Translations under genes and position numbers: made by a program | Shown here: positions 26,638 through 40,599 of the stretch, one piece after another | Layout: every line of letters begins with the position of its first letter | How positions within the stretch are numbered: the stretch's first letter is position 1 | The notes under the pieces: generated by a model | Told to the model about the DNA's origin: nothing | Database searches by the model: none | What the model saw: only the letters and a program-made list of their open reading frames with translations | NCBI GenBank assembly: GCA_023213395.1 | Contig: CM041465.1 | Location: 112,909,741-112,973,740 of the forward strand | Source of the DNA: Cycas panzhihuaensis | Lineage: Eukaryota > Plantae > Cycadophyta | Direction of reading: 5' to 3' | DNA length: 64,000 nucleotides

Positions 26638-29115
26638 TTTGGTATCAGATCTCGATATTTTTTATCTATAGAGCATACAACAGCATTACAACATATTGTC
26701 TAGTTTATATTTTAATTATTCATGTAATTTTTCCATAGTTTTATAATTTTTTCATATAGTTTCTATTAAATATTTGAGATATTTACTTTGTATACTCTAT
26801 ATATTCATATATTTATGAAATTTCTTCATTGTTTATAGGCATATATAACCTGACAGCATTTTGAAATAGTTCTATACAAGTTTTGTTTGATATTTTATCA
26901 CTTTTTAATTAGTTCCTAGATTATTTCAAAGATTTTTTAGGTTCTTAGACTTTGATAGGTTGGTTCACCTCCACCGTTGGAAGAAACGTTGACAAGTCCC
27001 CACTTGTTTTACTCCTTAGTGATTCTATTTTGCTCTAGATCAAAGAAACTTAAAATTTGTCCCCTCTTAACTAAGATATAATGTTTGGAAGACAACACAC
27101 TCTTCGACCTATTGAAACCCCATTGCCCAATTGGAACCATACTACAGTGTAGTCCATTTTTTACTTCATCAACATAGATCACATATTTTATAACCTAAAG
27201 TCCTTTGTTATAGTTCTATACTAGCTTTTCTTTAATATTATATTGTATGTATTCATTATTTATAGGTGCACACTGTGCATTTTGTATGTCTTGAAGTGCA
27301 TTTGTTTGAATTGCTAACAATCATATTTTTGTATATATATTAATTGTATATATCTCTACATTAATCTAAAGTAGATTTACTAAGGTTTCAAAAGATTTCT
27401 TTAATTCATTTCATCATTTTCCCATAGTTTTAGGTTTAATCAACTCTTTGAACTTTGATGGATTGGTGCACTTCAATAAAAGGATGAAACTACATCATAT
27501 GACTACTCATCTTACTCTTCTCTAAGTCTACTTCATAGTGGAGAAGATGGTTCACCAATTAATCACTCCGTTGAAGAGATATCACTCTCTAAAGCTCGAC
27601 TACTCTCACTATTTTGTAAAATGTTGTCATCCATCTAATTTTGTCTTAATTTTATTTCAAATTGTCATCATTTTTCTTCAATTCTTTTTTGTAGACTTGG
27701 GTACCTAGTCTTTGCACCCTGAATTGAATAATTTTTAGGCAATTTTGTGTTCATCTTTGATCAATTTACTTGATCGAACTCTCTCTACAAGTTGTGTAGA
27801 CCTACACACAATGATTTTTTCATATTTTTTACGTAAAATTTATTTTTTTAATATATATATTTTTATAAAGTTTATAAAAAATTAATTATATTTGATTATT
27901 TTTGGGGTTTAGTTCCATTCACTCCCCAATCGTGGTCACATTAAGCCCCCACGTAACCACATTCTTCGTGTTAGGGGTGGATTTCAAATTATTCTAAGTT
28001 ATTTTTAATAATTTTGGTTTTAAAAGGATTAAGGTGAATTTCATAATATTTAGAGTCCATAACCCCTTTCACTAACCAGTAAGTGGTCACATGTAGTGAC
28101 CTGGTGATTGAGGGCTAACTCATCAAAGGGGCTTAAGTACCTCTCCTTTTGATTTTTAATCATAAATAACTATCTGCACTATTTCTTTAATATCTTTTAA
28201 ACTAGAATTTTATTTTTCAAATGGTTTAAATCATTGGAAAGCTAACTCAGAGATCTACATACTAGAGTTGTTTTATTCTAATTTCAAGTTATTTTGTAGG
28301 GATTCTAGGTTGCTAAATTTAGACCTCTTATTTGGTCCTAATTTAAGCTTTTCACTTCAATTTCAAAGTAATTTTCTTAAAATTATTAAAGCACATTGAT
28401 AATATATTGGTATACTAAACTATTATAGCATATTTTACTTTAAAAATTAAGGCTTATAAGTGTCTTTTAGCTAAATTTGTGTAGGTTTACCCTTTGAAAA
28501 GGAAGCAAACATTTTGGATATTTTTTTTCAAATAAAAGAGCACTCTAACCCTTACCTATTTCAATTTACTTTATTTAAATCTAGCTACTTTAATTTCATT
28601 TCATTTCAAGCTCACTTCGTTTCATTTATTACTATATTTTAAAGTTATTTTTTAATTATTATGAAAAGAAATCCTTATTTATAAATAAGACTATACTTAA
28701 AATTAATTTTCACATGAATAAGATAATATCATAAATAAACAACCTTATTTCCTACCCCTATAAGGGGAATAGTTAGGACCCCTAAAGTTACCACCTTGCA
28801 TATGCCATTAGTGGATTTTAATTTATTGAGGAAACCTTTGGCTATCAAGTGTGTTTGGTGGTAGGCTAAGGTTGAGAATCTTTATCCTTTGGATTTTGGA
28901 GACCAAGCTAGACCTGTAGGTGGTGAGTGTCTTGGTTGATCAAGCTTTCATCGTTAGATTTGTCATTAGGCAGAAAACTAGTACATGTAAATCAATCAAT
29001 TAGGGGAGTCTTGTACCTTTTTAACAGCCTATTTTCTAAGGTATATATAGCCTAATGGTCATGTACCAGTATATTGGGTCCCTATTTTACCAATTTTAGG
29101 TAAGTGCCATTAGAC

Positions 29116-32100
29116 ATGAGAGTAATTGAAATCTTTTCTTTGATGGATCTAATTTTCTAAATTGGAGTAAGAGAATGAAACCTATTTTTATAGCTAAAGG
29201 TATGTGGGAATTTGTAGATGAAGGATTTGATGAACTTGGAGAAAATTCCACCTTAGATGATAAGATAGTCTATAGAGAATATTCAAAGAAAGATAATGAA
29301 GCATCTAGTTCTTATGTTTTGTGTCTTAGAGGACCATACATTCCCAAGGCAACCATATCTAAGGAAGCATGGGATACATTGAAATTAATCTATGAAGGAG
29401 CTACCTCATCCAAGCTTCAATCACTTAGAAGAAAGTTTGAAAACTTTAAAATGTCACTTAGGGAAAACATCAATAAATTCATAACTAAGGTCCAAGACTT
29501 GGTAAACTAAATGAGATCCCTTGATAAAGTGTTGACTGAACAAATGGTAGTTAAAAGAATTCTAATATGTGTAGGAGAATTTAAGAGATTTGAAATGGTT
29601 TCTACAAACATTGAAGTGTCCAAAGATCTCAAAACCCTTAAAGTGGAATAACTAAGTTCAATATTACTCACTGTGGAAGAAAAGAAAGGTGCCTAAGAGA
29701 CATTGGAACATGCCTTTACTATAAAGGCTATGATTAAATCAAATAACCAAGGTCAAAGCTCTAGAGCAAGGGAACAATCCCTAAGGGGGAGAGAAAGAAA
29801 CGAAAAGCAAGATACCTATTAAGAACAAAAACCTAGATATTAATCCCTACATCAAAGATATCAAGGTTCAAGCCAAAGGTACCCAAGTCAAAATGATTTC
29901 CACAATCAAGGGAGATATTAAGAGTCTAGCCAATGTTGTCATAGCCACAATTATTGCCAAGGCTAAACTAGTATAAATATACATTGTTAGAACAACTTTT
30001 AAGGCTAAAATCAGTGTAATAGCTATCAAGGACCCAATCTATATTTACAAAATGACTTTCAAGGCTAAAATCAAGACCCCTATCTAAAAGGAGGAAGAAT
30101 ATCCTCTAAGGGTACATAAATCTCTAGAAATAGAAGTATTAGCCAAAGAAGGAGAGAACCTATTCAATGTTCATATTGTCATAGGATTAGACATACTTTA
30201 GAAGGGAGCTTTGCTAAATATGGTCATCCATCAAGAGAAAGTGTTAATATAGCCATTGAAAATAGGGACAATGATTGACTATTCTTGTCAAGCCTTATTG
30301 CCAATGAAGAAGAGGATAGTTAGTATATAGATTTAGGGTGCTCAACGTATATGACACACAAGGGGGAAATATTCAAAACTATTGATAAGGCTAAGAAAGG
30401 GAGAATTACGTTTAGTGATAATACATCTCATGAATTTAATAGAAGAAGTAACATATTCATCACCATAGACTCAGGAGAAACTAGATACCTTGATGAAGTC
30501 CTATATGTCCCAATACTCAAGAAGAATATATTATCAGTAAGTCAAATGCTGGAACAAGATTAAAAGCTTATTTTCTATAATGGTAAGTGTTCCATTAAGG
30601 ATAAGAGGAAAAATAAAGTAGTTGAAGCTAAAGGAAAAATGACTAGTGACAGACTATTTAAACTAGTCATTCCCCCATTTGACAACTATGCATTAAAGAC
30701 CTCCACCAAAATTGAGTCATATATGAAATAAAAGATTTGGCCATCTAAACTATGGGAGTTTAGCCCTAATTAAAAGAATAAATATAGTGGAAGTATTACC
30801 TCCAATTGAAATAGATAAAGAAATATGTGAGGGATGTCTTCTTGGTAAACAACATAGAGAGAGCTTTCCAAATAGAAGTTATAAAGCTAAAGGTCTACTT
30901 CAATTAATCTATATAAACCTATGTGGACCTATAGATGTTTAATATTTAGTTGGAGCAAGATACTTCATCACATTCACTGATGATTTTTTAAGGAAACTAT
31001 GGCTATATTTCTTAAAGCTTAAATCAGATGCATTCTAATGTTTCATGGACTTCCAAACCTTTGTGGAAAAGAAAAGTGGACATAAAATACTCTTCCTAAG
31101 ATTATATAATGGGGGATAGTTTATCTTTAATGAATTTAATACTTATTATACTTATCTTGGCATCAGAAGACAGTATACCAATCCATATACTTCACAGTAC
31201 AATGGAGTAACTGAAAGAAAGAATCGCCCGATAGTTGAAATGGTTAGGTGTGTACTCAAAGATAAGAATTTAGGCCATGAACTTTGGGTAGAAGTTATTT
31301 GCATTGTAGTTTATTTATTAAATAAGTATATCACTAAAGGCCTTAGATGGGTTACACTAGAAGAAGCTTGGACAAGATACAAACTAAACATATATCAATT
31401 AAGAGTATTTGGATGCTTTGCATTTGCTCATGTTCCAAAGTAAAAGAGGATAAAACTTAATGATAAAAACACTAAATATATATTTATAGGATGTTGTAAT
31501 GGTTCTAAATCCTATGAGATTTATGATCCTAAAGAAAAAAATTTCATTATGAGTAGAGTTGTTCTCTTCAAAGAAGATTATTATTATAAGGCAAAAATTG
31601 AGAAGGATAAAGGAAAGAATGTCATCATGGAATTTAATTCATATCCCATATCATCAAATGTACCTTCACATATGCCAACATTAAATGAATTAGGCTCTAA
31701 TAAAGCTAGATCTTTCACATCTACCAAAGTGGGTACAAAGATGACATGACCTAGTAGATATACTTGATAATAATTTTGAAAGGAGATCCACATGTTGTAA
31801 TAGAGTCAATTTTTCTCTAATGAGGCAAGTCATGAACTCACATGATCCATGTACTTTTGAAGAGGCTAGTACCAAATAAGAATGGAAAAATGTAATGCAA
31901 GAGGAGTATAATGCTTTGGTCAAGAATGACACATGAAAACTAGTTGATCATATCTTCGAAATAAAATAGAATGGACATACACATATGATGTGTGATAATC
32001 AGAGTACAATTCAAATGACATGCAATCTAATATTCATTGGAAGAACAAAAAACATAAAAACCTAGCATCATTTCATAAGGGAATTGGTTTAGGAAGGAGA

Positions 32101-32210
32101 ATTAGAATTGGTCTACTATAGTTCTAAAGAACTGGTAGCAAATATATTTATAAAGGCACTTGGGAAAATCAAATTTCATAAGTTCAAAGATAAGCTTGGA
32201 GTTATATAAA
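29116..32210 (+). pseudogene. Copia-E gag-pol lacking most of RT
   Basis: FDGSNFLNWSKRMKPIFIAKGMWEFV gag; protease *YIDLGCSTYM; integrase NGVTERKNR; RT start (ALVKNDT*KLVD) runs directly into RNase H (CDNQSTIQM) near 31950-31990. Confidence 0.9.
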
Positions 32211-32230
32211 ATAAATATTATAGGGGAGAA

Positions 32231-32521
32231 TGTTAGAAATAATGTTTATTTATTATATTAAAGAGTGTACATAATGCTTTGGAACAATGTGGGGCTATCA
32301 GTAGCTGACATTAACTAACAAGTATGCATTTTTTATATTTAACTTTAAACAATATTTCTTAATACTAGTGTCAGTCAACGGCAGGCTTCCCAAGATCTTG
32401 ATTATACATATAGGGTCTTATGACCCAATGATACTTTTTAACACCAACTTTTATTTTGAAATCTTGTTATGTTAATCAATATGGGCTTGTAATTTGGTTT
32501 AGCTCTATTCTCAAGCCTTTA
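32231..32521 (+). repeat. 3' LTR of Copia-E
   Basis: Preceded by the PPT and followed by TSD ATTAG. Confidence 0.93.
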
Positions 32522-33132
32522 ATTAGTCCATATATATCACTATGAATTGACTCCAATTTTCTTATGCTCTCTAATTACTTTCTTAAAATTATACCTTACG
32601 TTGTTTGTACATTACACAACCTTTGTAAATAGAATAATTTATTGCAATATTATCAAGTAATCTATCAACCATATTAAATTTTTAAGCATTTTTAATCTAT
32701 GATCTATAATATTTTCACACTAAAAATTCCATATTTTATTCTTAATACTTTGAGCAACAAAACTCTTTACATAAGAGGATAAAATAGGAGTAAAGACTAA
32801 TTTATAAAGATTATCAGTTTCTATCCCTTTAGTAATAATATCATCACCTCTTTTCATATCATAGATATAATATTTTCTATCTTTATCAAAGATGATTTGA
32901 AGTTTTTACTTTCTTAATTGAGATATAAAAATGATATTTTTGTTTAAGTCTAGAATAAATAGGACATTACTAAGCTTTTAGACTCCTTGATTTATTTTAA
33001 GTACGATAATTCCTTTATCTTCAATACTGAGTTCCTTTATCTTCAATACTAAAAGAAAATGTATCTTTGAGCTTAATAGTTTTCTTTATAGAATAAAGAT
33101 AAATAGTCTCAAACTAGTCTTCCCTTCTTATC
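32522..33132 (-). pseudogene. Host Copia-D piece 3: pre-integrase region and protease C-terminal part
   Basis: Joined across the solo LTR it reads D*FTDSRTLNYMIRRED*FETI (Copia protease); contains a 22-bp tandem duplication at 33010-33053. Confidence 0.75.
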
Positions 33133-33778
33133 TGTTGGATATTGTGACAATAATAGTTTGAGGCTAAAATTTTGGTATGTTAGCGGCACGATTTCCCCCC
33201 TAATCTTTTTCGAGGGGTTCCAAGGGGGGCCAGAGCCCCCCTTGGCTGTGGGGTGTGGGGTGGGGGGGGGGTGTTGAACGCCTACCACTAAGAGGGGGTC
33301 GATAGCCCTTGACCCAAAAAAAAAGCCCTGTAAATCATATTAAAATGTAAAGAGAATCAAGGCCGTTCGATACAAATACCCTAGATTCTATGGTTGAGAT
33401 TTATGCCTTGGATGTCCCTGTCATATAGCCCAATTTAGGGCTTTTCTTATTATGTTATATGTAATATAATGTACTGTGATAAGGGCAGTGGCTGGTTGTT
33501 GTTCCTGAGAGTACTCTGCTACTGAGATGTACTTTTTCTCAATTTTACAGTAATAAAGATCGATACCTTTCCTGTGTGGATGTTTCCCTAGCACACTCCT
33601 AGGGTTTTACCATGTTATATTGAGTGTATATGTGATGTTTGGCTTTCATATTCATGTTATTTTATTATCTCTAAGTTTAAAACTTGCATGTTAAATTCTA
33701 GTTTTGATTCCTATAACTAGTTACAAAACAGTTTAGATCTTGTGGCGGTTTAAGGTTTGGGACCTTGTATTCTCAACA
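33133..33778 (+). mobile_element. Solo LTR of the Copia-C family
   Basis: TG...CA; homologous to 10460-11104; perfect TSD TTATC; no PBS or PPT. Confidence 0.95.
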
Positions 33779-33910
33779 TTATCATATAATTTAAAGTTCT
33801 AGAGTCTGTAAACTAGTCTTTATTACTTTGAATATAAGAAGTTAATGTGGTAACAAAAATAGTTTCTTCTTCTTCCTTATCTTTACATTACTCACTATTA
33901 TAGTTGCCTT
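33779..33910 (-). pseudogene. Host Copia-D piece 4: gag-protease linker and protease active site
   Basis: FTDS motif near 33800, in frame with piece 3. Confidence 0.7.
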
Positions 33911-34251
33911 TGTAACATAACCCCACATTTCCTTAGCAAGTATGAACCACCAACAAGTAAGGATTAAGGGGTTTAGTAAGTTGTGTGTATGGACCACTAA
34001 GCCATCCATTAAGATGTAAGGCCTCTAGGGCCACCAATATAATCATTAAAGATGAAGACTCTTACTTGTATATTTAAAGGGTCAAATCACTCGTAATGTT
34101 ATTGAGTATGATATCTTGAAAGGAGAAAGTACTTCGATACTCATTTTGGTGATTCATTTTATGTGATCTTCTTATGCACTCGTGTTATTTGGATTCATTT
34201 TCTGCTAATTATCACTCCTAGGAGCCTAGATTTCTGAGAAGGAACTATCCA
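33911..34251 (+). repeat. 5' LTR of Gypsy-F
   Basis: TG...CA, 341 bp, direct repeat of 40010-40350. Confidence 0.95.
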
Positions 34252-35497
34252 AGTGGTATCAGAGCTGCGTTTGCGATTATGGGAAGCTACCCAGAATAGC
34301 AAAAAAAAAATTTCTGTATGATTGAGTACTCTCTGTACCTAGGTAGAGATTGAGGAAAGACCTTTACTCAGCACTCTCTCTAAGAATATTGAGGAATGGT
34401 AGCAGGAGAGATTAGAGGTCACGAAGTGAAGGGGAATTTCGTCCTTCAAGTACTGTAAGCAATTTATTTCTTCTACATTCAATTTAATTTTTAAGCTTTC
34501 TTTTTCTACATTAGGTTATATTCCAAGGGTAGATAACACCGTTGGGTGGCTACCCTTTGTGTCCCCTCCCACCTCTCCCTTTTGGGTAGATAGCACCACT
34601 GGGCAGCTACCCAAGTAGTCAGGTAGAGACCCTATACCAGGGGTCTTTAAAGATCATAGGGGTCTATTGTTTTGGCTAAGCGCATTGTGGATTTTCTGCC
34701 CATTGCTTGAAGGACTGGAGATAACACTCTTAAACTAAGACCTAAACAGAACTTGGCTATGGAAGTGTACCTCCACGTACCTCTAAGTTTATAGGAGGAC
34801 CCCTTTAGGATTCCAAAACCCTCCCTAGCACAAGTAAACTATCGGCTGCTGAAGTCTTGCAGTGCAGTGGTTAGCAGTTAGCGTCACAAAGTCACCTACC
34901 CCAAACTTCTGCATCAAAAGTTTATTGGCAGGCCTATAAGACCAAGCACACCTCATTCTGCAGTGGGTAGGACACACCTGATCATTCTTTGCTTCCCCTA
35001 CCCTAATTTTAATTAAGATCATAAGCCACTGACTGCCTGAATTCAAAACATGTCAAAACAGTCAAGCCTCCAAAGAAAAGAAAAAAACTCCACTTAGCCC
35101 TTGCTCATAGTACAAAAACATTACCCTTATAACTCATATACCTCAATTTAATTAGCATCTCGTAAGGGTCATTTTGTACTAGGTTAGTCTATACCCCCTA
35201 ATTTTCACTCTTTTTTGTACCTGGGCCATTGGTGGGTCCCACCACTTCAAATTCACCTTAAAAACTCGTACATCCCATTTTGATAAGTTTTTTGTGCTCT
35301 TTCTAGTGGACTAAATATCTTGCTTATGTAATTTTGGGGTCAATAGGCTATAGACACCCCACATTCCCTTATTCACCCCTTCTTTCCCATATAACAACTC
35401 CCTATTCTTATATCCCGTTCTTTCTTGATCTGTCCCACTTCATTCTTCCCCTTCTTTCTACTTACTCCCACTTCTTTAATCCCCTTCTTCAACTCTA

Positions 35498-38400
35498 ATG
35501 GCAAAAAATGAAACAGAAAAAAAATCTAAGTTGACCAATGACTTGTCTAACTTCAACACAGAGGTCAACGATAAACTCAGTAGCATGCCTACCAAATATG
35601 ACTTGGACGACACCAATAAAGAGATTCTCAGACTGCTTTAGCAGTGGGTGCCATCTTAACCCCAAAGCACAGGAGCTTCTAACTCAATGGGCAAGCAACC
35701 TCTCCCTTCTCCGGGAAGCAATGCATATATAGGAGGTTCTCCATTAAGACTGTCTTTTTTCCACCATAAGATCAACATTCTTACCTTTGATCCAAATGTG
35801 AATAGAGAGTGCACTCAAAGCTAGATTAATAAGTTAGAATCATAGTTCACTCTCCACCCGATGTCAGAAGAGGACCAACTCTTATATGCTTCCATTCACT
35901 TAGATGGTCGAGCTCACCATTGGTTTAACTGATGGAAGCGGGAATATCCCTCTCACCAAACTTGGTCCCACTTCACTAGTTGTTTGTTTGAATAATATGA
36001 AGATACATGGAGCCAATCTTTTTTCACATAACTCACCCAACTTAAGTAGACATTAATTATAGAAGCTTACACAGATGAATTTCAAGCTTTATATAACTGT
36101 GCACAACAAAGCCAAAAATTGGACAAACAAATAATGATTAATATTTATGTAGTGGGACTCCAAGACCATATTCAGATGAGATTAAATACAATGGTAATTT
36201 ACTCCCTTAAGGAAGCTTTCAAGTGAGCTCGTGCAGTAGAAGCTGAGTTTACAGCATACAAACCCTTAGTTATTCAATGGGATAACTCTTGGTTCTCATG
36301 CACTCGATAGGCAGACTTCTAGTGACCTCAACCTCGATTTGACGATGGCTCTTGTCCTCAAGATGACTTCACACATCCTTAGCTATGACAGGATGATTCT
36401 TGACCATCTATTAATTGCCAGAATGAGGATACATCCACCAAAAGAGTCCAAATTTCTCAAGCTAAAGCACAACATCGACTCGAGGCTGGACTTTGTATGC
36501 AATGTGTAGAAAAGTGGACTTCTGGGCATGGTTATTTTTGCAAAGCATAACATACGGTTTTGTCCATTGATCCATCCCTCTCCCCTAATGATCCCTCTAA
36601 CTCTGACTCTGACCAGGAGGCTGATGATGAAACCCATGATGATCCTGCACCAGACCCCCAACCTGAAGTATCTATATCCATTGTCATCACCTCCTCCTGC
36701 CCTGAACCCTTAAGAGTTAGAGGCATTCTCTGTAAGACTCTAATATCTATCTTGATCGATAATGGCGCATCACTTAACTTCATTGATATTTTGATATCCA
36801 GATAACTTCACCTATATATTGTCCCAAAAACTGGCTTCGCATGTTCTCTACTAGGGTACCAAAAACTCCATTGTGCAGGTGTTATTAGAAACCTCCAAGT
36901 CCAAATTGGCTCATACCTTTTGGTGTTAGACTTATATGCCTTGTCAATAGAAGGATCTGATGCCATCTTAGGGATTCAATGGTTCTAAACACTAGGGACC
37001 TATAACACAAACAACTCGCTTACAAATCCATTCATTGCCTTCAAAGACCACATGGGGCAAAATCATAAAATTTACGAAATACAATCCCCCCCTAACCAAG
37101 TGGTCTCTCCCAGACGTATGAAACGCCATCTTCAATCTCACCTAGGGTATATAGTCTGCCTCAATAATATCCAAATTGAACCACAAATTCATCCACACAT
37201 CTAGGATGTGATTACCCAATATGAACAAGTATTCACCCCTCTTCCTGCCACTACCCCTCCCGCCCGCAGTTTCTATCATACAATTGACCTCCAATCTAAC
37301 CATGGCCCCATCAGCCTTCGACCTTACCATAACTCATACTTCCAAAAGAATGAAATCGAGAAACTCATAAATGAGCTCCTCGACATGGGCATAATCCAAC
37401 CAAGTAAAATCCCTTATGTAGCCCCAATTATCTTAGTTCAGAAGAAGGATGGCTCCTTTCGCCTCTGTGTTGACTATAGGGAATTAAATAAGATTACCAT
37501 TAAAAATAAGTTTCCCACCCCTTGCATAGATGACATGCTAGATGAAATCCATGGCGCAACCATCTTTTCTAAGTTAGACCTTTAATTTGGTTACTACCAA
37601 ATCCTAATTGCCCCACAAGATTGTCATAAGATAGCATTTCGCACACATCATGGCTATTTTAAGTTTTGAGCAATGCCCTTTGGCCTTTGTAATGCTCCGG
37701 CGACCTTCCAAGCTCTCATGAATAAAATCTTTTGGCCTTACCTTCAAATGTTTGTCATAGTTTTCTTTGATGACATTCTTATTTATAGTGCCTGCCTAGA
37801 TCTCCATATCCAACACTTAGAAATTGTTCTCTAAATATTGCAGAACCACCAACTCTATGCAAAACTATCTAAGTGTGAGTTTGGACAATCAGAACTCAAA
37901 TATTTGGGTCACATCATATCATCAGAATGGGTATGCATAGACCTTGGTAAAATATCAATCATTACAACATGGCCAACACCTACCACTCTTACCCAACTAC
38001 GAGTATTTCTTGGGCTCACAAGGTTTTATTGATGCTTTGTATGTAACTATGCTGCTCTTGCCACCCCATTAACCAACCTCCTTTGTAAAGAGGCCTTTTA
38101 ATGGTCTCCTAAAGTAGATGCTACCTTTTCCCACCTCAAGGTCGTAATGACCTCCACTCTGGTCCTCATCACTCATGATTTTAACAAACCCTTCCAACTT
38201 GAATGCAATGCTTCAACGTTTGGTTTAAGCACAGTCCTAATGCAAGACTCTCATCCCATTGCATTTAAAAGCCAAAAATTAAAAGATCACGAGCTTTATC
38301 TCTCTACATATTAGAAAAAAATGAAGGTTATTCTCTATGCTCTTGATAAATGGTGGAAATATCTCTTAGGCTCTAAGTTCACTATTCTCACGGATCATCG

Positions 38401-39995
38401 TAGCCTCCATAATTTAATGATTCAGCCAGTCTTGTCTAAAGAACAAGCTAAGTGGGTTCATCGATTACAAGTCTTTGACTTCTCAATAGCATATAAAAAA
38501 GGCAAAGACAATACAGTGGAAGATGCTCTTTCACATATCCATCTTGACGTCAATGTTCCTAACCCAAGCGTCTATTCCATCAACAACCCCCAACCACTTT
38601 GGCTTGATGAACTATGTGTTGAAAATCAAGCCGACTGAGACTATCCTAATTGGAGGGAAAAAGTTCTAATTGTACCTCCTCTACAACAATCATATCTTTG
38701 TCTATCCCTCCTCCTCATTCATTCCTAAGATCCCAATAGAATACCACTTATCCCCCCTTGGCAGCCACTCTGGCTTCGATAAGACTTATTGACAGATTCA
38801 TGCAGATTTCTTTTGGCCCCATATGAAAACCACCATATTCGTCTTTGTATTAGAATGTGACACCTGTCAATAAAATAAAGTAGAGACCAAACCTCTCATT
38901 GGCCTTCTCTAACCATTGAATATTCCTCAAGACAAGTGGCAAGATATTGCCATGGACTTCATCATGGGCCTACCTCCATCTGTCAGGTTTGACTCCATTT
39001 GGGTAATCATTAATAGATTAACCAAGTACTCATACTTTCTCCTAGTGCACACCTCATATTCATCCTTCCATCTTGCTGACTTATATGTCTAATTTATATT
39101 TCACCTCCATGGCTTCCTATCATCTATAATTTATGACCAAGACCCTAAGTTTACTAGCTCCTTTTGGGAAGAACTCTTTAAGGCTATTGGAACCTCATTT
39201 AACATGAGCTCTACCTACCACCCATAAATAGATGGCCAATCTGAGGTTCTAAATAAAACTTTAGAAACTTATCTATGTTTCTTTGCCTTAGAACACCAAG
39301 CTAAGTAGACCTCATGGCTTGCCCTGGCCAAGTATTGGTATAACTCCTCCCATCATTCTGCCCTTAGTATGTCCCCCTTTTTGGCTCTTTATGGCTACCA
39401 CCCATCTTCCCACCATACCCTAGCCACAAACTTTAGAACAGCTTTTGTGCAATAAAAGCTTCAAGAAATGGATCAAATCTTGCATGCCCTTCGACAAAAT
39501 CTAGCTACTCCTCAAAATCAAATGAAGTAACTTGCAGACCGCCATCGATCTGATTGATCCTTTGATATTGGAGATCTAGTATACCTTCGCCTCCAACCTT
39601 ATAAGCAATAATCACTCAAGTCCCATCAAGGGCATAAACTAAGACCCCACTACTATGGCCCTTATAAGATCCTATACAAAATTGGTGAAGTTGCTTATGC
39701 CCTTGAAATTCCCCCAAACACTAATATCCATAATGTCTTCCACGTGTCCTACCTAAAAAAATACCTTAGAGATAAAGTTACATCCCACACAACCCTACAG
39801 ATTCTCTCTAAAGAGCAAACTCTTACAATTCCTCCTGATAAAATCCTTACTAGTCGTCAGCATCACCTCTAGAATCGCACTAATTATTAACACTTGGTAC
39901 AGTGGGTCAGTTACGATGCTGATGAAGCTACTTGGGAACTAGATGAGTTCATCCAATAACATCCTCATCTCCAACACTACAGGGACTCAACGTCT
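35498..39995 (+). pseudogene. Gypsy-F gag-pol with chromodomain
   Basis: Protease LIDNGASLNFI; [39 protein letters not shown]; integrase MDFIMGLP and YYGPYKI; chromodomain HLVQWVSYDADEATWE. Confidence 0.95.
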
Positions 39996-40009
39996 TAGAG
40001 GGGGGGATC

Positions 40010-40350
40010 TGTAACATAACCCCACCTTTCCTTAACAAATGTGAACCACCAACAAGTAAGGATTAAGGGGTTTAGTAAGTTATACATAAGGACCATTAAG
40101 TCATCCAATAAGATGTAAGGCCATTAGGGCCACCAATAAAATCATTAAGGATGAAGACCCTTACTTGTGTATTTAAAGGGTTAAATCACTCATAATCTTA
40201 TTGAGTATGATATCTTGAAAGGAGAAAGTACTTTGGTACTCATTATGGTGATTTATTTTCTATGATCTGCTTGTCCACTCATGTTATTTGGCTATATTTT
40301 TTGCTAATTATCACTCCTACGAGCCTAGATTTCTAAGAAGGAATGGCCCA
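40010..40350 (+). repeat. 3' LTR of Gypsy-F
   Basis: Follows the PPT; TG...CA. Confidence 0.95.
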
Positions 40351-40599
40351 ACCTTCCACTTATTTTCCTTTTAAGATCTCATCTCTTTTGTGAAGATAGT
40401 TAATTAAAAGATGTCCAAATTTTCCATGGTAATAATAAGAATAAATTTTAACTGATTTGTAATCAATAGCAAAGTGTCTTGGTCTATTGTAATGATAATA
40501 TATCTAATTTTCTATCTTCCTTTAATAGGTCCTAATATTCCTTGACTGAAACTCCCTTTGCTTTTATTTATATCTATTAATCTTCCTCTTATAGATTTG
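40351..40599 (-). pseudogene. Host Copia-D piece 5: gag zinc knuckle
   Basis: YYHYNRPRHFAIDYK, a G>A-decayed CxxCxxxGHxxxxC. Confidence 0.7.

Larger units (their letters stand above)
26347..32521 (+). mobile_element. Ty1/Copia element with long 5' UTR and RT deletion (Copia-E)
   Basis: LTRs 26347-26637 and 32231-32521; TSD ATTAG; PBS TGGTATCAGA at 26640; PPT AGGGGAGAA at 32222-32230. Confidence 0.95.
33911..40350 (+). mobile_element. Full-length chromovirus Ty3/Gypsy (Reina-like, Gypsy-F)
   Basis: LTRs 33911-34251 and 40010-40350; TSD GCCTT/ACCTT; PBS TGGTATCAGAGC at 34254-34265; PPT AGAGGGGGGGA; C-terminal chromodomain. Confidence 0.95.
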
